Made by a program: the position numbers and the translations under genes
The notes under the pieces: model-generated
Seen by the model: the letters and a program-made list of their open reading frames with translations, nothing else
Database searches by the model: none
Told to the model about the DNA's origin: nothing
Part shown: positions 30,742-42,338 of the stretch, piece after piece
Numbering within the stretch: the stretch's first letter is position 1
How the letters are laid out: each line of letters starts with the position of its first letter
From: an uncultured Pseudogracilibacillus sp.
Lineage (GTDB): Bacteria; Bacillota; Bacilli; Bacillales; Amphibacillaceae
Direction of reading: 5' to 3'
Assembly (NCBI GenBank): GCA_937974845.1
Contig: CALJVC010000081.1
Coordinates: forward strand, 3,176-67,175
Length of the DNA: 64,000 nt

Positions 30742-33700
30742 TTACATATTCCGACGGTATTCTCCACCGACTTCGTATAAGGCAGCGGTAATTTGCCCGA
30801 GGCTTGCTACCTTAACGGTCTCCATTAGCTCTTCGAAAATATTTCCATTCGTTCTAGCAACTTGCTGGAGTCGTTTTAGGGCTTCATCTACCTTATCCTT
30901 GTTCTTCTCTTGGAACTCTCGTAAGTTTTTAATTTGTAACTCTTTCTCTTCGATTGTTGCCCGAGCTAACTCCATCGAATCGATTTCTTCGTCGGACGGT
31001 GGATTTGGATTTAAGTAAGTGTTCACACCAATAATCGGTAATTCACCCGAGTGCTTCTTGCTTTCATAGTAGAGGGATTCCTCTTGAATCTTACTACGCT
31101 GGTACTGACGCTCCATCGCTCCAAGGACTCCGCCCCGATCATTTAACCGTTCGAATTCCTGAAGGACGGCCTCCTCGACTAGGTCAGTTAATTCCTCGAC
31201 GATGAAAGAGCCTTGTAAGGAGTTTTCGTTTTTCGTTAAACCGAACTCCCGGTTAATAATTAATTGAATAGCCATCGCCCGGCGTACCGACTCCTCCGTT
31301 GGTGTCGTAATTGCTTCGTCATAAGCATTCGTATGGAGAGAGTTCGTATTGTCCTGAATCGCTAATAGAGCTTGTAAAGTCGTACGAATATCGTTGAAAT
31401 CAATTTCCTGGGCATGCAGGGATCGTCCAGAAGTTTGAATATGGTACTTTAACTTCTGGCTCCGTTCGCTTGCGCCGTAACGTTCCCTCATGACGATAGC
31501 CCAAATCCTTCTCGCAACCCGGCCGATTACTGTATATTCAGGATCTAAGCCGTTAGAGAAGAAGAAAGATAGGTTCGGTGCAAAATCATCGATATCCATG
31601 CCTCGACTTAAGTAATATTCCACATACGTAAAACCATTCGCCAAGGTAAAGGCAAGCTGCGTAATCGGGTTAGCTCCAGCCTCAGCAATATGATAACCAG
31701 AAATGGAGACGGAATAGTAGTTGCGTACATCGTTGTCGATAAAGTATTGCTGAATATCTCCCATCATACGCAAGGAAAACTCCGTCGAGAAAATACAAGT
31801 GTTCTGGCCTTGGTCTTCCTTTAAAATATCCGCCTGGACCGTTCCGCGAACAACCGATAGGGTCTCTTGTTTAATTTGTTCATATTCTTCCTCTGTCGGC
31901 TGACGCCCTTCCTTTTCGACAAACTTCTCTACCTGTTGGTCAATAGCCGTATTGAAGAAAAAGGCTAGCATAATCGGAGCCGGTCCGTTAATCGTCATCG
32001 ATACAGAAGTGTTTGGCGCCGTTAAATCAAAGCCCTTATACAACTTCTTCATATCTTCTAGAGTACAGATACTGACACCGCTTTCACCGATTTTACCATA
32101 AATGTCTGGACGGTAGTCGGGATCCTCCCCATACAAGGTGACAGAGTCAAAGGCCGTCGAAAGTCGCTTCGCCTCTTCATTCTCCGATAAGTAATGGAAA
32201 CGACGGTTCGTTCGCTCCGGAGTCCCTTCCCCAGCGAATTGACGGGTAGGGTCTTCACCCTGTCGCTTGAACGGGAACACTCCTGCTGTATAGGGGAATT
32301 GACCTGGTACGTTTTCCCGCATTAACCAGTAGACCCGGTCGCCCCAATCGGTATAATTCGGAAACTTAACTTTTGGAATTTTCGTGCCTGATAAAGAAGT
32401 CGTCGTAATATCAACCTTAATTTCTTTATCGCGTACCTTATAGGTCATCGTGTCACCGTTGTACTTTTCTTTTAGTTCATCCCATTTCTCTAACCATTCC
32501 TTCGTTTCTGGAAGAAGTTTCTTTTCATTCTCTTCTATTAAAGCTTCGATTGATTCACGAAGGGCATCGTCATCCTCCGGTAACTCTTCCTTCACCCCGT
32601 AAAGCTGATACAATTTTCGCGCAATATCGCGTTGTTTTTCCACCTTTTTATGATAGTTCCGGACCTCTTGGCTAATTTCCCGTAAGTAGTGGGTTCGATC
32701 GGATGGAATAATCGGATCCCGGTCCTCCGGTTCCTCATCGATTTCTAAGAGCATTTCTGGCTCATCCCAATGTCCATCGGTATTAATTTTATCGATAATA
32801 GCAGAGAAAAGACGGTTTACACCAGGATCGTTAAAACGACTTGCGCTCGTTCCAAAGATTGGGAAGCTTTCGGGATCTTCTCCGAACAACATTCGACTTC
32901 TTTCGTATTGTTTCCGTACCTGGGTTAAAGCATCGAGGGCTCCTTGTTGCTCAAACTTGTTAATGGCAATAAAGTCAGCGAAATCGATCATATCGATCTT
33001 TTCAAGCTGGGAAGGTGCCCCATACTCTGCTGTCATCACATACATGGATAGGTCAGTGATTTCTGTAATCTCTGCATCCCCTTGCCCAATACCACTCGTC
33101 TCCAAAATAATGAGGTCGAAGTTTGCAGCCCGCACGACGTCTAAGACTGGAATGGTCGCCTTCGATAACTCAGTTTTTGAGTCCCGGGTCGCTAAGGAGC
33201 GCATGAAAACCCTTTCAGAATTGAGCGCATTCATACGAATTCGATCTCCTAACAAGGCACCACCTGTTTTCCGCTTCGTCGGATCTACGGAAATAATCGC
33301 GATGCGCTTATCTGGGAAATGGTGTAAAAATCGTAGGACGAGTTCGTCGGTTAATGAACTTTTACCCGCTCCTCCCGTACCGGTAATACCTAAGACTGGG
33401 AGATTATTATTCTTTCTCTTTTGGAGCTCTTTCAGGATCCTTCGCTTTTCGTCCTCATTACCATCCCGCTCGACAAAGGTAATAAGACGGGCGATTGCCT
33501 TGTGATCCCCTTGGCTCAACTTTTCTATTTCTTCATCAGGATTACATGGAGGTTCGAAGTCTGCAATTTTCAATTTTTCATTAATCATCCCTTGTAGACC
33601 GAGCCGGCGTCCGTCTTCCGTAGAGAAAATCCAAGAAACGCCGTAATCGTGTAACTCTTTTATTTCACGCGGAATGATCGTCCCGCCGCCACCACCGAAA

Positions 33701-33990
33701 ACCTTTATATGGGAGGCGCCTTTTTCCTTTAAAAGATCGATCATATACTTATAATATTCAATATGCCCACCTTGATAGGAAGAAACTGAAATACCTTGTA
33801 CGTCTTCTTGAATAGCGGCATTTACTACTTCTTCAACACTACGATTATGGCCAAGGTGAATTACTTCTGCACCGCTCGACTGCAAAATACGACGCATAAT
33901 ATTGATCGCCGCATCATGGCCATCAAACAAACTCGACGCTGTTACAAAACGCACATGGTGTTTTGGACGATAAACTTCAATTTTCTTCAT
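30742..33990 (-). CDS. icmF: fused isobutyryl-CoA mutase (B12-binding domain, MeaB-like GTPase, mutase domain)
   Basis: 1082 aa. N-terminal DxHxxG-type B12 motif (FDGHDAAIN), P-loop GTGGAGKSS, and a C-terminal methylmalonyl-CoA-mutase-like barrel. Confidence 0.9.
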   Translation of the reverse strand: MKKIEVYRPKHHVRFVTASSLFDGHDAAINIMRRILQSSGAEVIHLGHNRSVEEVVNAAIQEDVQGISVSSYQGGHIEYYKYMIDLLKEKGASHIKVFGGGGGTIIPREIKELHDYGVSWIFSTEDGRRLGLQGMINEKLKIADFEPPCNPDEEIEKLSQGDHKAIARLITFVERDGNEDEKRRILKELQKRKNNNLPVLGITGTGGAGKSSLTDELVLRFLHHFPDKRIAIISVDPTKRKTGGALLGDRIRMNALNSERVFMRSLATRDSKTELSKATIPVLDVVRAANFDLIILETSGIGQGDAEITEITDLSMYVMTAEYGAPSQLEKIDMIDFADFIAINKFEQQGALDALTQVRKQYERSRMLFGEDPESFPIFGTSASRFNDPGVNRLFSAIIDKINTDGHWDEPEMLLEIDEEPEDRDPIIPSDRTHYLREISQEVRNYHKKVEKQRDIARKLYQLYGVKEELPEDDDALRESIEALIEENEKKLLPETKEWLEKWDELKEKYNGDTMTYKVRDKEIKVDITTTSLSGTKIPKVKFPNYTDWGDRVYWLMRENVPGQFPYTAGVFPFKRQGEDPTRQFAGEGTPERTNRRFHYLSENEEAKRLSTAFDSVTLYGEDPDYRPDIYGKIGESGVSICTLEDMKKLYKGFDLTAPNTSVSMTINGPAPIMLAFFFNTAIDQQVEKFVEKEGRQPTEEEYEQIKQETLSVVRGTVQADILKEDQGQNTCIFSTEFSLRMMGDIQQYFIDNDVRNYYSVSISGYHIAEAGANPITQLAFTLANGFTYVEYYLSRGMDIDDFAPNLSFFFSNGLDPEYTVIGRVARRIWAIVMRERYGASERSQKLKYHIQTSGRSLHAQEIDFNDIRTTLQALLAIQDNTNSLHTNAYDEAITTPTEESVRRAMAIQLIINREFGLTKNENSLQGSFIVEELTDLVEEAVLQEFERLNDRGGVLGAMERQYQRSKIQEESLYYESKKHSGELPIIGVNTYLNPNPPSDEEIDSMELARATIEEKELQIKNLREFQEKNKDKVDEALKRLQQVARTNGNIFEELMETVKVASLGQITAALYEVGGEYRRNM

Positions 33991-34098
33991 TGTGCTGAAC
34001 TCCTTTGTATATATTTTTATGCTGGACTATCAACACAAAATGTAAGCAGTTACATTTCCATTTGTTAGTTACGTTGGGCTAAACCCAACGTAACCTTC

Positions 34099-34728
34099 TT
34101 ATCTATTCAGCTCTTGACAATCTACCTGTAAAATTCGGAGGACAAAGTCAATTTGCCTCTCGATATATTCCTCGAGGGTAAATTGCTTCTGCAAGGACCA
34201 ACGTCTAAATCCCCACATATGCCCTTGTACGAAAATATTATTCGCAATTAAGAGGGCATCCTTCTCATCGATAGGGGAAGGAGCGCTAGCAATAATAGCC
34301 TCCTTCACTTTATCGACCATTTCTACTTCCTTTTGTAAGACTTTCTCCCGCTGGTCTTGGGGTAAAGATTTTAACTCTTGATATAAAATCAATACTTCTT
34401 CCTGCAGTTGGTCCGTTAAACGATAGTAGGCTTCGATCACCTTGAGCAAGTTTTCTAGGGAACGATTTTTTATGTCGATGACTTCCTCTAGTCGGTCATA
34501 GACGTTGCGATTAATTGTATCGAAGACGAGTAATAACACGTCTTCCTTCGTACGGACATATTCATAAAGCGTTCCAATACTAAAGCCGGAAGCTTCCGCA
34601 ATCTCCCGCGTCGTCGTCTTCGTAAAGCCCTTTTGCTTAAACAGTTGAATCGAGGCTTTAACGATTTGATTCCGCCTTTTTTCTACGAGATTGCTATCCT
34701 TTATACTCGATTTAATCGCATCCGACAT
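34099..34728 (-). CDS. TetR/AcrR family transcriptional regulator
   Basis: N-terminal HTH (TTTREIAEASGFSIGTLYEYV). Likely start is the ATG at 34728 behind GGAAGGGGA. Confidence 0.85.
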   Translation of the reverse strand: MSDAIKSSIKDSNLVEKRRNQIVKASIQLFKQKGFTKTTTREIAEASGFSIGTLYEYVRTKEDVLLLVFDTINRNVYDRLEEVIDIKNRSLENLLKVIEAYYRLTDQLQEEVLILYQELKSLPQDQREKVLQKEVEMVDKVKEAIIASAPSPIDEKDALLIANNIFVQGHMWGFRRWSLQKQFTLEEYIERQIDFVLRILQVDCQELNR

Positions 34729-34755
34729 AAAACGTTCCCCTTCCACAAAACCTCT

Positions 34756-35895
34756 TTACTTCGTAATAGAGCGTCCAATTACGAGACGTTGAATTTCGTT
34801 TGTACCTTCGTAAATTTGAGTGATCTTTGCATCACGCATGTAACGCTCGACTGGATAGTCCTTCGTATAACCATATCCACCGAAGACTTGAACGGCTTCT
34901 ACCGTTACCTTCATCGCCGTATCTCCTGCGAATAATTTCGCCATGGCTGAAGCTTCGCTGTATGGTAGTCCTTCACTCTCTAACCAAGCTGCTCGGTAAG
35001 TAAGTAAACGTGCAGCCTCTGTCGCAGTTGCCATATCAGCTAGCTTGAAGGAAATTCCTTGCTGGTAAGCGATTGGTTTACCGAATTGCTCACGCTCTTT
35101 CGCATAAGCGACCGCTGCATCTAATGCTCCTTGGGAAATTCCTACTGCTTGAGCAGCGATTCCACTACGACCACCGTCTAAAGTAGTCATCGCAATCTTG
35201 AACCCTTCTCCTTCTTCACCTAATAAGTTCTCCTTTGGAATACGGCAGTTTTCAAAGATTAACTCGGTTGTAGGTGATGAACGGATACCTAATTTTTCTT
35301 CTTTCTTACCGAAGGAGAAGCCTTCTGTTCCCTTTTCAACGATAAAGGCACTGATTCCACGGTGACCTGCGTCTGGATCTGTCTTCGCAAAGACAACGTA
35401 AATGTCAGCGACACCACCGTTCGTAATCCACACTTTGCTACCGTTTAAGACATACTCATCGCCGTCTAATTTCGCAGTCATCTTCATACTTGCTACGTCA
35501 CTACCTGCTCCTGGTTCAGAAAGGGCATACGCACCTAGGGCAGAACCTTCTGCTAAACGGCGAAGGAAGTTTTGCTTTTGCTCCTCTGAACCGTAACGGT
35601 AAATTGGCCAGCTAGCTAAGGATACGTGAGCGGAAAGGGTGACACCTGTAGAAGCACATACGCGGGATAATTCTTCAACAGCAATCACATAGCTCACATA
35701 GTCTGCGCCAATACCACCGTATTCTTCTGGCCATGGAATACCTGTTAAACCTAACTCGGCCATTTTGTCGAAAATTTCTCTGTCAAAGCGTTCCTCTTCA
35801 TCTCTCTCTGCAGCTGTTGGTTCTACTTCGTTTTCAGCAAAGTCGCGAACCATTTGTTTTAACATTTTTTGTTCTTCTGTTAATTGAAATTGCAT
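34756..35895 (-). CDS. acyl-CoA dehydrogenase
   Basis: ACAD family with the C-terminal motif [14 protein letters not shown]. Likely start is the ATG at 35895 behind GGAGGA. Confidence 0.92.
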   Translation of the reverse strand: MQFQLTEEQKMLKQMVRDFAENEVEPTAAERDEEERFDREIFDKMAELGLTGIPWPEEYGGIGADYVSYVIAVEELSRVCASTGVTLSAHVSLASWPIYRYGSEEQKQNFLRRLAEGSALGAYALSEPGAGSDVASMKMTAKLDGDEYVLNGSKVWITNGGVADIYVVFAKTDPDAGHRGISAFIVEKGTEGFSFGKKEEKLGIRSSPTTELIFENCRIPKENLLGEEGEGFKIAMTTLDGGRSGIAAQAVGISQGALDAAVAYAKEREQFGKPIAYQQGISFKLADMATATEAARLLTYRAAWLESEGLPYSEASAMAKLFAGDTAMKVTVEAVQVFGGYGYTKDYPVERYMRDAKITQIYEGTNEIQRLVIGRSITK

Positions 35896-35916
35896 CTTCT
35901 GTTCCTCCATTATGTT

Positions 35917-37053
35917 TTATGTTAATAAATTTTTAGCAATCACGATTCGTTGGATTTCGTTCGTACCTTCGTAAATTTCCGTCACCTTGGCATCACGGAA
36001 ATATCTTTCTACGTCGTAATCCTTCGTATAGCCATAGCCCCCGAAGACTTGGACGGCTTCGATAGAGTTTTTACGAGCGGTAGTCGTGGCAAAAAGCTTT
36101 GCCATCGAAGCTTCCTTCGGGGTAATCGTCCCATTTTGCAAATTGTTCGCCGCACGGTAAACGAGCAGTTTCGCTGCTTCGGTTTCTGTCGCCATATCTG
36201 CCAGTTTGAAGGATATGCCCTGTTGGTGGGCGATAGGCTTGCCAAATTGCTCGCGCTCTTTGGCATAGGCAATCGCTTTTTCTAATGAGGCTTCGGCAAG
36301 ACCTAAGCCTTGGGCAGCGATCCCGATTCTTCCAGCATTTAAATTCGTCATGGCGATTTTAAACCCTTCCTTTTCTTTACCGAGCAACTGGCTTGCAGGA
36401 ACGATACAATCTTCGAAAATAAGGGATACGGTACTAGACCCATGTAATCCCATTTTATTTTCGTTTTTACCAATTGTAAAGCCAGGGGTATCCTTTTCTA
36501 TAACAAAAGCACTGATCCCTTTTGAACCAGCTTCTTTACTCGTTCGGGCAAAGGTAATGAAAACATCAGCTTCTAAGCCGTTAGTAATAAAGATTTTAGA
36601 ACCATTAAGGACGTAATGATCGCCCTTTTTCTCTGCCCGTAAGGATAAATTTCCAGCGTCAGAACCAGCCTGAGGCTCCGTCAGGGCGAAGGCCCCGATA
36701 TACTCACCAGAAGCTAATTTCGGAACATAGGCTTCTTTTTGCTCCTCGGTGCCGTATTGAAGGATTGGCATGGTACCTAACGTTGTATGCACGGATAAGA
36801 TTACGCCGAGCGTAGCACTGATTCGAGAAATTTCATGTAGGGCGATAATATATGAAACGATGTCCATCCCGCTACCACCATATTGTTCCGGAATCGGAAT
36901 TCCCATCAAACCAAGTTCGCCCATCTTTTGAATCGATTGGTGGGGGAATTGGTTGGCTTTCATCGCTTCGACTTCTTTTGCCACTTCATTTTCCGCAAAA
37001 TTACGAACCATTTGACGCATCATTTCTTGCTCTTCAGTAAAACGGAGATCCAT
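35917..37053 (-). CDS. acyl-CoA dehydrogenase
   Basis: 378 aa ACAD family ([14 protein letters not shown]). Paralogue of the neighbouring gene. Confidence 0.92.
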   Translation of the reverse strand: MDLRFTEEQEMMRQMVRNFAENEVAKEVEAMKANQFPHQSIQKMGELGLMGIPIPEQYGGSGMDIVSYIIALHEISRISATLGVILSVHTTLGTMPILQYGTEEQKEAYVPKLASGEYIGAFALTEPQAGSDAGNLSLRAEKKGDHYVLNGSKIFITNGLEADVFITFARTSKEAGSKGISAFVIEKDTPGFTIGKNENKMGLHGSSTVSLIFEDCIVPASQLLGKEKEGFKIAMTNLNAGRIGIAAQGLGLAEASLEKAIAYAKEREQFGKPIAHQQGISFKLADMATETEAAKLLVYRAANNLQNGTITPKEASMAKLFATTTARKNSIEAVQVFGGYGYTKDYDVERYFRDAKVTEIYEGTNEIQRIVIAKNLLT

Positions 37054-37152
37054 CGGCTGTCTTCCTTCCCTTCCCTACGTCGACATCTCTGGGTAGGTGA
37101 GTAAAGAAGTGTCGGTTGTAATCATGCTGAATACCCTGTCGACAAGTATTCT

Positions 37153-38007
37153 TTATTCGTATACGTAAAAGCCTCGGCCTGATTTTTTACCATACCAGCC
37201 TGCCTGAACATACTGACGTAGTAAAGGACATGGACGGTACTTGCTGTCACCGAAACCTTCGTAAAGAACTTCCATAATATATAAGCAAGTATCTAAACCG
37301 ATAAAGTCAGCTAGCTGAAGCGGTCCCATCGGATGGTTCATACCTAGCTTCATCACTGTATCGACGTCTTCGATAGAAGCGACTCCTTCATAAACAGTGT
37401 AAATCGCTTCGTTAATCATCGGGATTAAAATTCTATTAGCGATGAAACCTGGGAAGTCCTGGGATTCAACTGCTGTTTTATTTAATGTTTTCGTCATTTC
37501 AGCAATAGCTTCATAGGTCTCATCGGACGTTTGAATCGCCCGGATGATTTCTACTAGACGCATGACAGGCACTGGGTTCATAAAGTGCATGCCAATAACC
37601 TTTTCTGGGCGGTTTGTCACACTAGCAATATCTGTAATAGGTAAAGATGAAGTGTTCGTAGCTAGAATAGCTGACTCCTTCGTCAACTCATCGAGCTGGC
37701 GGAAAATATCTTTTTTAATATCGATATTTTCAATCGCTGCTTCGATAACTAAATCGACTTCTTTTGCTGCTGCGTCTAAATCGGTAGTCGGTGTGATGCG
37801 CTCGAGTACTTGTGTTTTCTCTTCCTCGGTCATCCGTTCTTTCTCAACATTTCGAGCGAGCAGTCGCTCAATGTTGGAAAAACCTCGATCTACTGCTTCT
37901 TGCTTAATGTCTTGCATGTACACCTCATAACCAGATTGGGCGCACACTTGGGCAATTCCAGAGCCCATTTGGCCTGCCCCTACAACTAGTACTTTTTTAA
38001 TCGTCAA
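37153..38007 (-). CDS. hbd: 3-hydroxybutyryl-CoA dehydrogenase
   Basis: 284 aa with Rossmann motif VVGAGQMGSGIA and a 3-hydroxyacyl-CoA dehydrogenase C-terminal domain. Confidence 0.92.
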   Translation of the reverse strand: MTIKKVLVVGAGQMGSGIAQVCAQSGYEVYMQDIKQEAVDRGFSNIERLLARNVEKERMTEEEKTQVLERITPTTDLDAAAKEVDLVIEAAIENIDIKKDIFRQLDELTKESAILATNTSSLPITDIASVTNRPEKVIGMHFMNPVPVMRLVEIIRAIQTSDETYEAIAEMTKTLNKTAVESQDFPGFIANRILIPMINEAIYTVYEGVASIEDVDTVMKLGMNHPMGPLQLADFIGLDTCLYIMEVLYEGFGDSKYRPCPLLRQYVQAGWYGKKSGRGFYVYE

Positions 38008-38092
38008 TGATCTTCACCTCTTGATGTATTGATATAGTCATATATCTATTATTTTAAGTGATACGTTCGTCCTTTGTCACAAGTATTGATTG

Positions 38093-39292
38093 TTAACTTC
38101 CTTTTCCTGGTACTTCAATTAATACTGCGTCTCCCTGGCCACCCCCGCTACAAATTGCAGCGACCCCGAGTCCACCGCCCCGACGACGAAGCTCATGAAT
38201 TAATGTGAGAATGATCCGTGATCCACTAGCGCCAATCGGATGGCCTAGAGCAACGGCACCACCGTTGACATTTACCTTTTCTGGATCAAGCTTCGCTAGG
38301 TCGATGCTTAGTAAGGCCACAGCAGAGAAAGCTTCGTTAATTTCAAACAGATCGATATCCTCTACCTTTTTCCCAGCCTTATCTAAAAGCTTTTGAATAA
38401 CGAGTCCCGGTGTTTCTGGAAAACGGTCGGCCTCTAAAGCGATTGCCTCTTGGGCAACGATAGTCGCTAGCGGAGTCTTTTCTAATTCCTTAGCCTTCTT
38501 ATCCGACATAAGGACGAAGGCACAGGCACCATCGTTGACTCCTGGAGCATTTCCTGCGGTAATCGTTCCGTCCGCTTCGAAGGCTGGACGAAGCTTAGCA
38601 AGCCGCTCCAAGCTCGTATCCCTCCGTGGTCCTTCATCCTCGCTGACAAGGGTAGGCTCTCCTCGACGTTGCGGTACTTCTACTGGAACGATTTCTTCAG
38701 CGAATTTACCGGCATCCATCGCTTCAAGGGCTCTTTGGTGACTGCGAAGGGACCACTCATCCTGGGCTTCACGGCTAATTCCAAAGCGTTCGGCAGCCTT
38801 GTTTCCATAGGAACCCATATGTACACCTTCAAAGGAACAGGTCAAGCCATCATAGACCATCAAGTCCAGTAAGCTTGCATTTCCCATCCGGGCACCCCAT
38901 CGACCTTTAGGGAAGGCATAGGGGGCATTACTCATACTTTCCATCCCACCGGCGACGATCACTTCTTCTTCGCCTAAACGAATCAATTGGTCTGCTAACG
39001 TCACACTTCGTAAGCCCGAAGCACAGACCTTATTAATGAGCTCTGTCTTTGTCTCCCAAGGAATTCCCGCCTTGCGCATAGCTTGGCGAGAAGGAATTTG
39101 GCCTTGGCCACCTTGTAAGACGTTTCCTAATATTACTTCGTCAACGGCGTCCGGAGCAATTTCTGCCCGTTCTAAGGCGCCCTTAATCGCTATCCCACCT
39201 AGGTCAGAAGCCGTAAGACTTTGTAAGCTTCCGCCTAAACGGCCAAAGGGGGTTCTTGCACCCGAAACAATCACTGTCTTCACTTTATCCAC
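38093..39292 (-). CDS. acetyl-CoA C-acetyltransferase (thiolase II)
   Basis: 399 aa with the active Cys context NKVCASGL and the C-terminal GGGQG motif. Confidence 0.93.
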   Translation of the reverse strand: MDKVKTVIVSGARTPFGRLGGSLQSLTASDLGGIAIKGALERAEIAPDAVDEVILGNVLQGGQGQIPSRQAMRKAGIPWETKTELINKVCASGLRSVTLADQLIRLGEEEVIVAGGMESMSNAPYAFPKGRWGARMGNASLLDLMVYDGLTCSFEGVHMGSYGNKAAERFGISREAQDEWSLRSHQRALEAMDAGKFAEEIVPVEVPQRRGEPTLVSEDEGPRRDTSLERLAKLRPAFEADGTITAGNAPGVNDGACAFVLMSDKKAKELEKTPLATIVAQEAIALEADRFPETPGLVIQKLLDKAGKKVEDIDLFEINEAFSAVALLSIDLAKLDPEKVNVNGGAVALGHPIGASGSRIILTLIHELRRRGGGLGVAAICSGGGQGDAVLIEVPGKGS

Positions 39293-39661
39293 TCCTTGTG
39301 ATCTATGGCCAACCTATCCGTCCCGTATGAAGATATCCTAGGTCTACCTCGATGCTGATCACTTTTTCAAACGCTTTCAAACTTATTAAAAAGCGGTAGG
39401 TGGCTATTTTACCCTTGTTATCTTACTTTTTTTACGAAAAGAAAGTAATGCGCTTTCTTTATAAAAGTCAGGCCTCCAATATATGTATCTAGTATTCTTT
39501 GTTTCTTTACAAAAAATAGTATACACAATTTTAGTCGTTTTGTCGAGCGAACGCTCAATCAATTTTTCATTTTTAAAAATTTTACTAGATAACCTTTAGT
39601 TTTTTTGTGTTGAAATACAAGACGAAAGTTGAAGGAGAAGCGGCTACTTTTTTCTCAGCAT

Positions 39662-39695
39662 AAAAAAACGGACTGAACCTTATCGTTCAGTCCGT
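39662..39695 (-). terminator. intrinsic terminator of the Fe-S oxidoreductase gene
   Basis: 11-bp stem ACGGACTGAAC/GTTCAGTCCGT followed by a run of seven T on the minus strand. Confidence 0.85.
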
Positions 39696-39703
39696 TCATC
39701 TAA

Positions 39704-41830
39704 TTAGGACGCAGACTTTTCTTCCTGCTCTTCATCCGCAAAGACGGATAGGGCTAAAATTTCTGCAACGTCCATGGTGCTAATATCCTGTTCTACTTCC
39801 TTCGCCTTCGTACCGTCGCTAATCATCGTTAAGCAGTATGGACAAGCAGTAGAAATCATGTTCGGATTAACTTCTAAAGCTTGTTCTGTACGGGCGACGT
39901 TGATGCGGTGTCCGACTGTTTCTTCAGACCACATGAGTCCTCCACCAGCACCACAGCACATGGCGTTTTCTTTCGTACGTACCATTTCTACGACTTCTAA
40001 GCCTGGGATAGACTCTAGAATCTCCCGTGGCGGATCGTAGACGTCGTTATAACGACCTAAGTAACAGGAGTCATGGTAAGTAATACGCTTATCAATACGA
40101 CCCTTCGGCTTTAAGCGCCCTTGACGTAATAAGTCAACGAGCATTTCCGTGTGGTGAACCACTTCTGCTTCAAAACCGAAATCAGGGTACTCGTTTTTGA
40201 AAATGTTGTAGGCGTGTGGGTCAATCGTGACGATCTTCTTCACACCATGCTTTTCAAATTCTTTAATGTTTTTCTCAGCGATTTCTTGGAAAAGGAACTC
40301 GTTACCAATACGACGGGCAGTATCCCCAGAGTTCATCTCCTTATTACCTAAAATCGCAAACTTCACACCAGCTTCGTTCATTAACTTAGCGAAGGCAATG
40401 GCAATTTTCTGGCTTTCGTTATCATAAGCACCCATTGAACTAACCCAGTATAAATATTCGAAGTCTTCGCCTTCTTTTTTGAGTTCTTTAACCGTCGGTA
40501 CGCGGACAGACTCGTCTAATTCGCGCCACTTAATACGGTCTTTACGGGATAAGCCCCATGGGTTTCCTTGACGTTCGATATTTTGAACAGCTCGTTGTTG
40601 CTCGACATCCATCTTACCTTCTGTCATAACGAGGTAACGACGCATATCGATAATGTGGCTTACGTGTTCGTTTACTACAGGGCACGCATCTTCACAGTTA
40701 CGGCAAGTAGTACAAGCCTGTAATTCCTCTTCAGAAATAACGTCTCCAATCAAGCTGACAGCGTCCATTTTTGCAACAGCTTCTTCCCGGTCCATTTCTG
40801 CTAAGGCATTCGGTCCTTGACCAGCGAAAGCATACTCCGGAACCCAAGGAGAACGTCCAGTAATCGCTGCTCCTTTATCGTTTAAATGATCGCGGAGCTT
40901 AATCATAATATCCATCGGCGATAATACTTTTCCTGTCGTCGCCGCAGGACAAACGCTCGTACAACGTCCACACTCAACACAGGCGTATAAATCGAGTAGT
41001 TGACGGCGATCGAAATCTTCTACTTTTCCAACTCCGAAAGAGAAGTCCTCTTCAGTCATCTCCTCGTCATCTTCGTCAAAGTCGAAGTTAAGAGGTTTTA
41101 ACTTTCCAGGCTCTGGGTTGGCTAAATAAACGTTTACTGGCGCTGCAATTAAGTGCGCGTGCTTGGATTGTGGGATATAGACTAAAAAAGCTAAAATCGT
41201 TAAAGTGTGAATCCACCATGCGATAAAGAACCATACCATCGCTGCTGTCGGTGATAAGAAACTGAAGACGGAAGCGATGGCGCTCGCTACCGGTTCAGAC
41301 CATACGGCTCCCTTACCTTGCCAGATTTGTAACATGGCGTTTCCAAAGAGAACCGATAACATTAACGTCCCAATAAAAATAAGTACTAAACCGGCATACC
41401 AGCCTCTCTTTAAACGGGCAAGCTTTTCTATGTATCGACGATAAAAAGCCCAAACGACAGCTACTAATACCATCAATGTAACGATCTCTTGGAAAAAGGT
41501 AAATGCTGGGTAGAAGGATCCAAAGGGTAAATGTTTGCCTGGCGCTAATCCTTTAATAAACATATCGATGGCACCAAACTGTACGAGAATAAATCCATAG
41601 AACATCATAACGTGGATGATTCCAGATTTTTTATCCTTCAATAACTTCTTCTGTCCGAAGACCATTACAATGACGTCTCGCACTCCATCTTTAACCGCTT
41701 TATCAAATTCGCTCTTTTTACCTAACTTCATATAAGCGACTCGGGTTGCCACTGCTTTAGCAAAGAGATAAATACCTAAAGCAGTAACCGCAAGAAAAGC
41801 GATTAAATTAATGATTAAAAAAGTGTTCAT
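39704..41830 (-). CDS. ywjF: membrane-anchored (Fe-S)-binding oxidoreductase with two 4Fe-4S motifs and CCG domains (YwjF-like)
   Basis: 708 aa. N-terminal multi-TM region, CVECGRCTSVCP and CTTCRNCEDACP ferredoxin motifs, and C-terminal cysteine-rich CCG repeats. Confidence 0.88.
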   Translation of the reverse strand: MNTFLIINLIAFLAVTALGIYLFAKAVATRVAYMKLGKKSEFDKAVKDGVRDVIVMVFGQKKLLKDKKSGIIHVMMFYGFILVQFGAIDMFIKGLAPGKHLPFGSFYPAFTFFQEIVTLMVLVAVVWAFYRRYIEKLARLKRGWYAGLVLIFIGTLMLSVLFGNAMLQIWQGKGAVWSEPVASAIASVFSFLSPTAAMVWFFIAWWIHTLTILAFLVYIPQSKHAHLIAAPVNVYLANPEPGKLKPLNFDFDEDDEEMTEEDFSFGVGKVEDFDRRQLLDLYACVECGRCTSVCPAATTGKVLSPMDIMIKLRDHLNDKGAAITGRSPWVPEYAFAGQGPNALAEMDREEAVAKMDAVSLIGDVISEEELQACTTCRNCEDACPVVNEHVSHIIDMRRYLVMTEGKMDVEQQRAVQNIERQGNPWGLSRKDRIKWRELDESVRVPTVKELKKEGEDFEYLYWVSSMGAYDNESQKIAIAFAKLMNEAGVKFAILGNKEMNSGDTARRIGNEFLFQEIAEKNIKEFEKHGVKKIVTIDPHAYNIFKNEYPDFGFEAEVVHHTEMLVDLLRQGRLKPKGRIDKRITYHDSCYLGRYNDVYDPPREILESIPGLEVVEMVRTKENAMCCGAGGGLMWSEETVGHRINVARTEQALEVNPNMISTACPYCLTMISDGTKAKEVEQDISTMDVAEILALSVFADEEQEEKSAS

Positions 41831-41910
41831 TGCTCTCCTCCTAAGATGATATTACTTTTAGTGTTGTCTCTTTCAGTCTATATCTTGGTTTAAATGGCTA
41901 TTCTATAAAA

Positions 41911-41926
41911 TGAATGAACATTCATT
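41911..41926. promoter_or_regulatory. candidate FadR(YsiA)-type operator upstream of ywjF
   Basis: Inverted repeat TGAATGAACATTCATT, 81-96 nt upstream of the ywjF start. It overlaps a plausible promoter spacer. It resembles the TGAATGA/TCATTCA-type boxes of the B. subtilis FadR regulon, which includes ywjF-acdA-rpoE. Confidence 0.5.
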
Positions 41927-42338
41927 TTCGACTTCTTTTCCTTCATAGATTCTACTAGATTTTTTTACCGTTTGCAAAGGAAAACGTTCTCTTTTTGTCG
42001 GAAAAAATCACTTTATATCCCTAGAACTCCTTCGCTATCCTAGGTTGAAAGATAAGGCCTGCCTCATTCCATATATAAGATAAGGACTAGTTTTGAAAGC
42101 GCTTGGACTTTCCTAGCGGGAAAACAAAGCTTCTCCGCTCGAAAACGAGGGGTTAAATTTCCTCTTACTCATATTCTTACATATTTACTTTTACTTTCCT
42201 AGCCAATTGTTTCTAAATAGATTCCTTTACACTGGCCAACACGTCATTCACTCTCTAGTAGATTAAGAAGGACAGTGCCTCAGGCCTCTATAGAAACCAA
42301 TCATTCTCCTTTCCTTTAACAAAATCTTTAGCTTTCCC

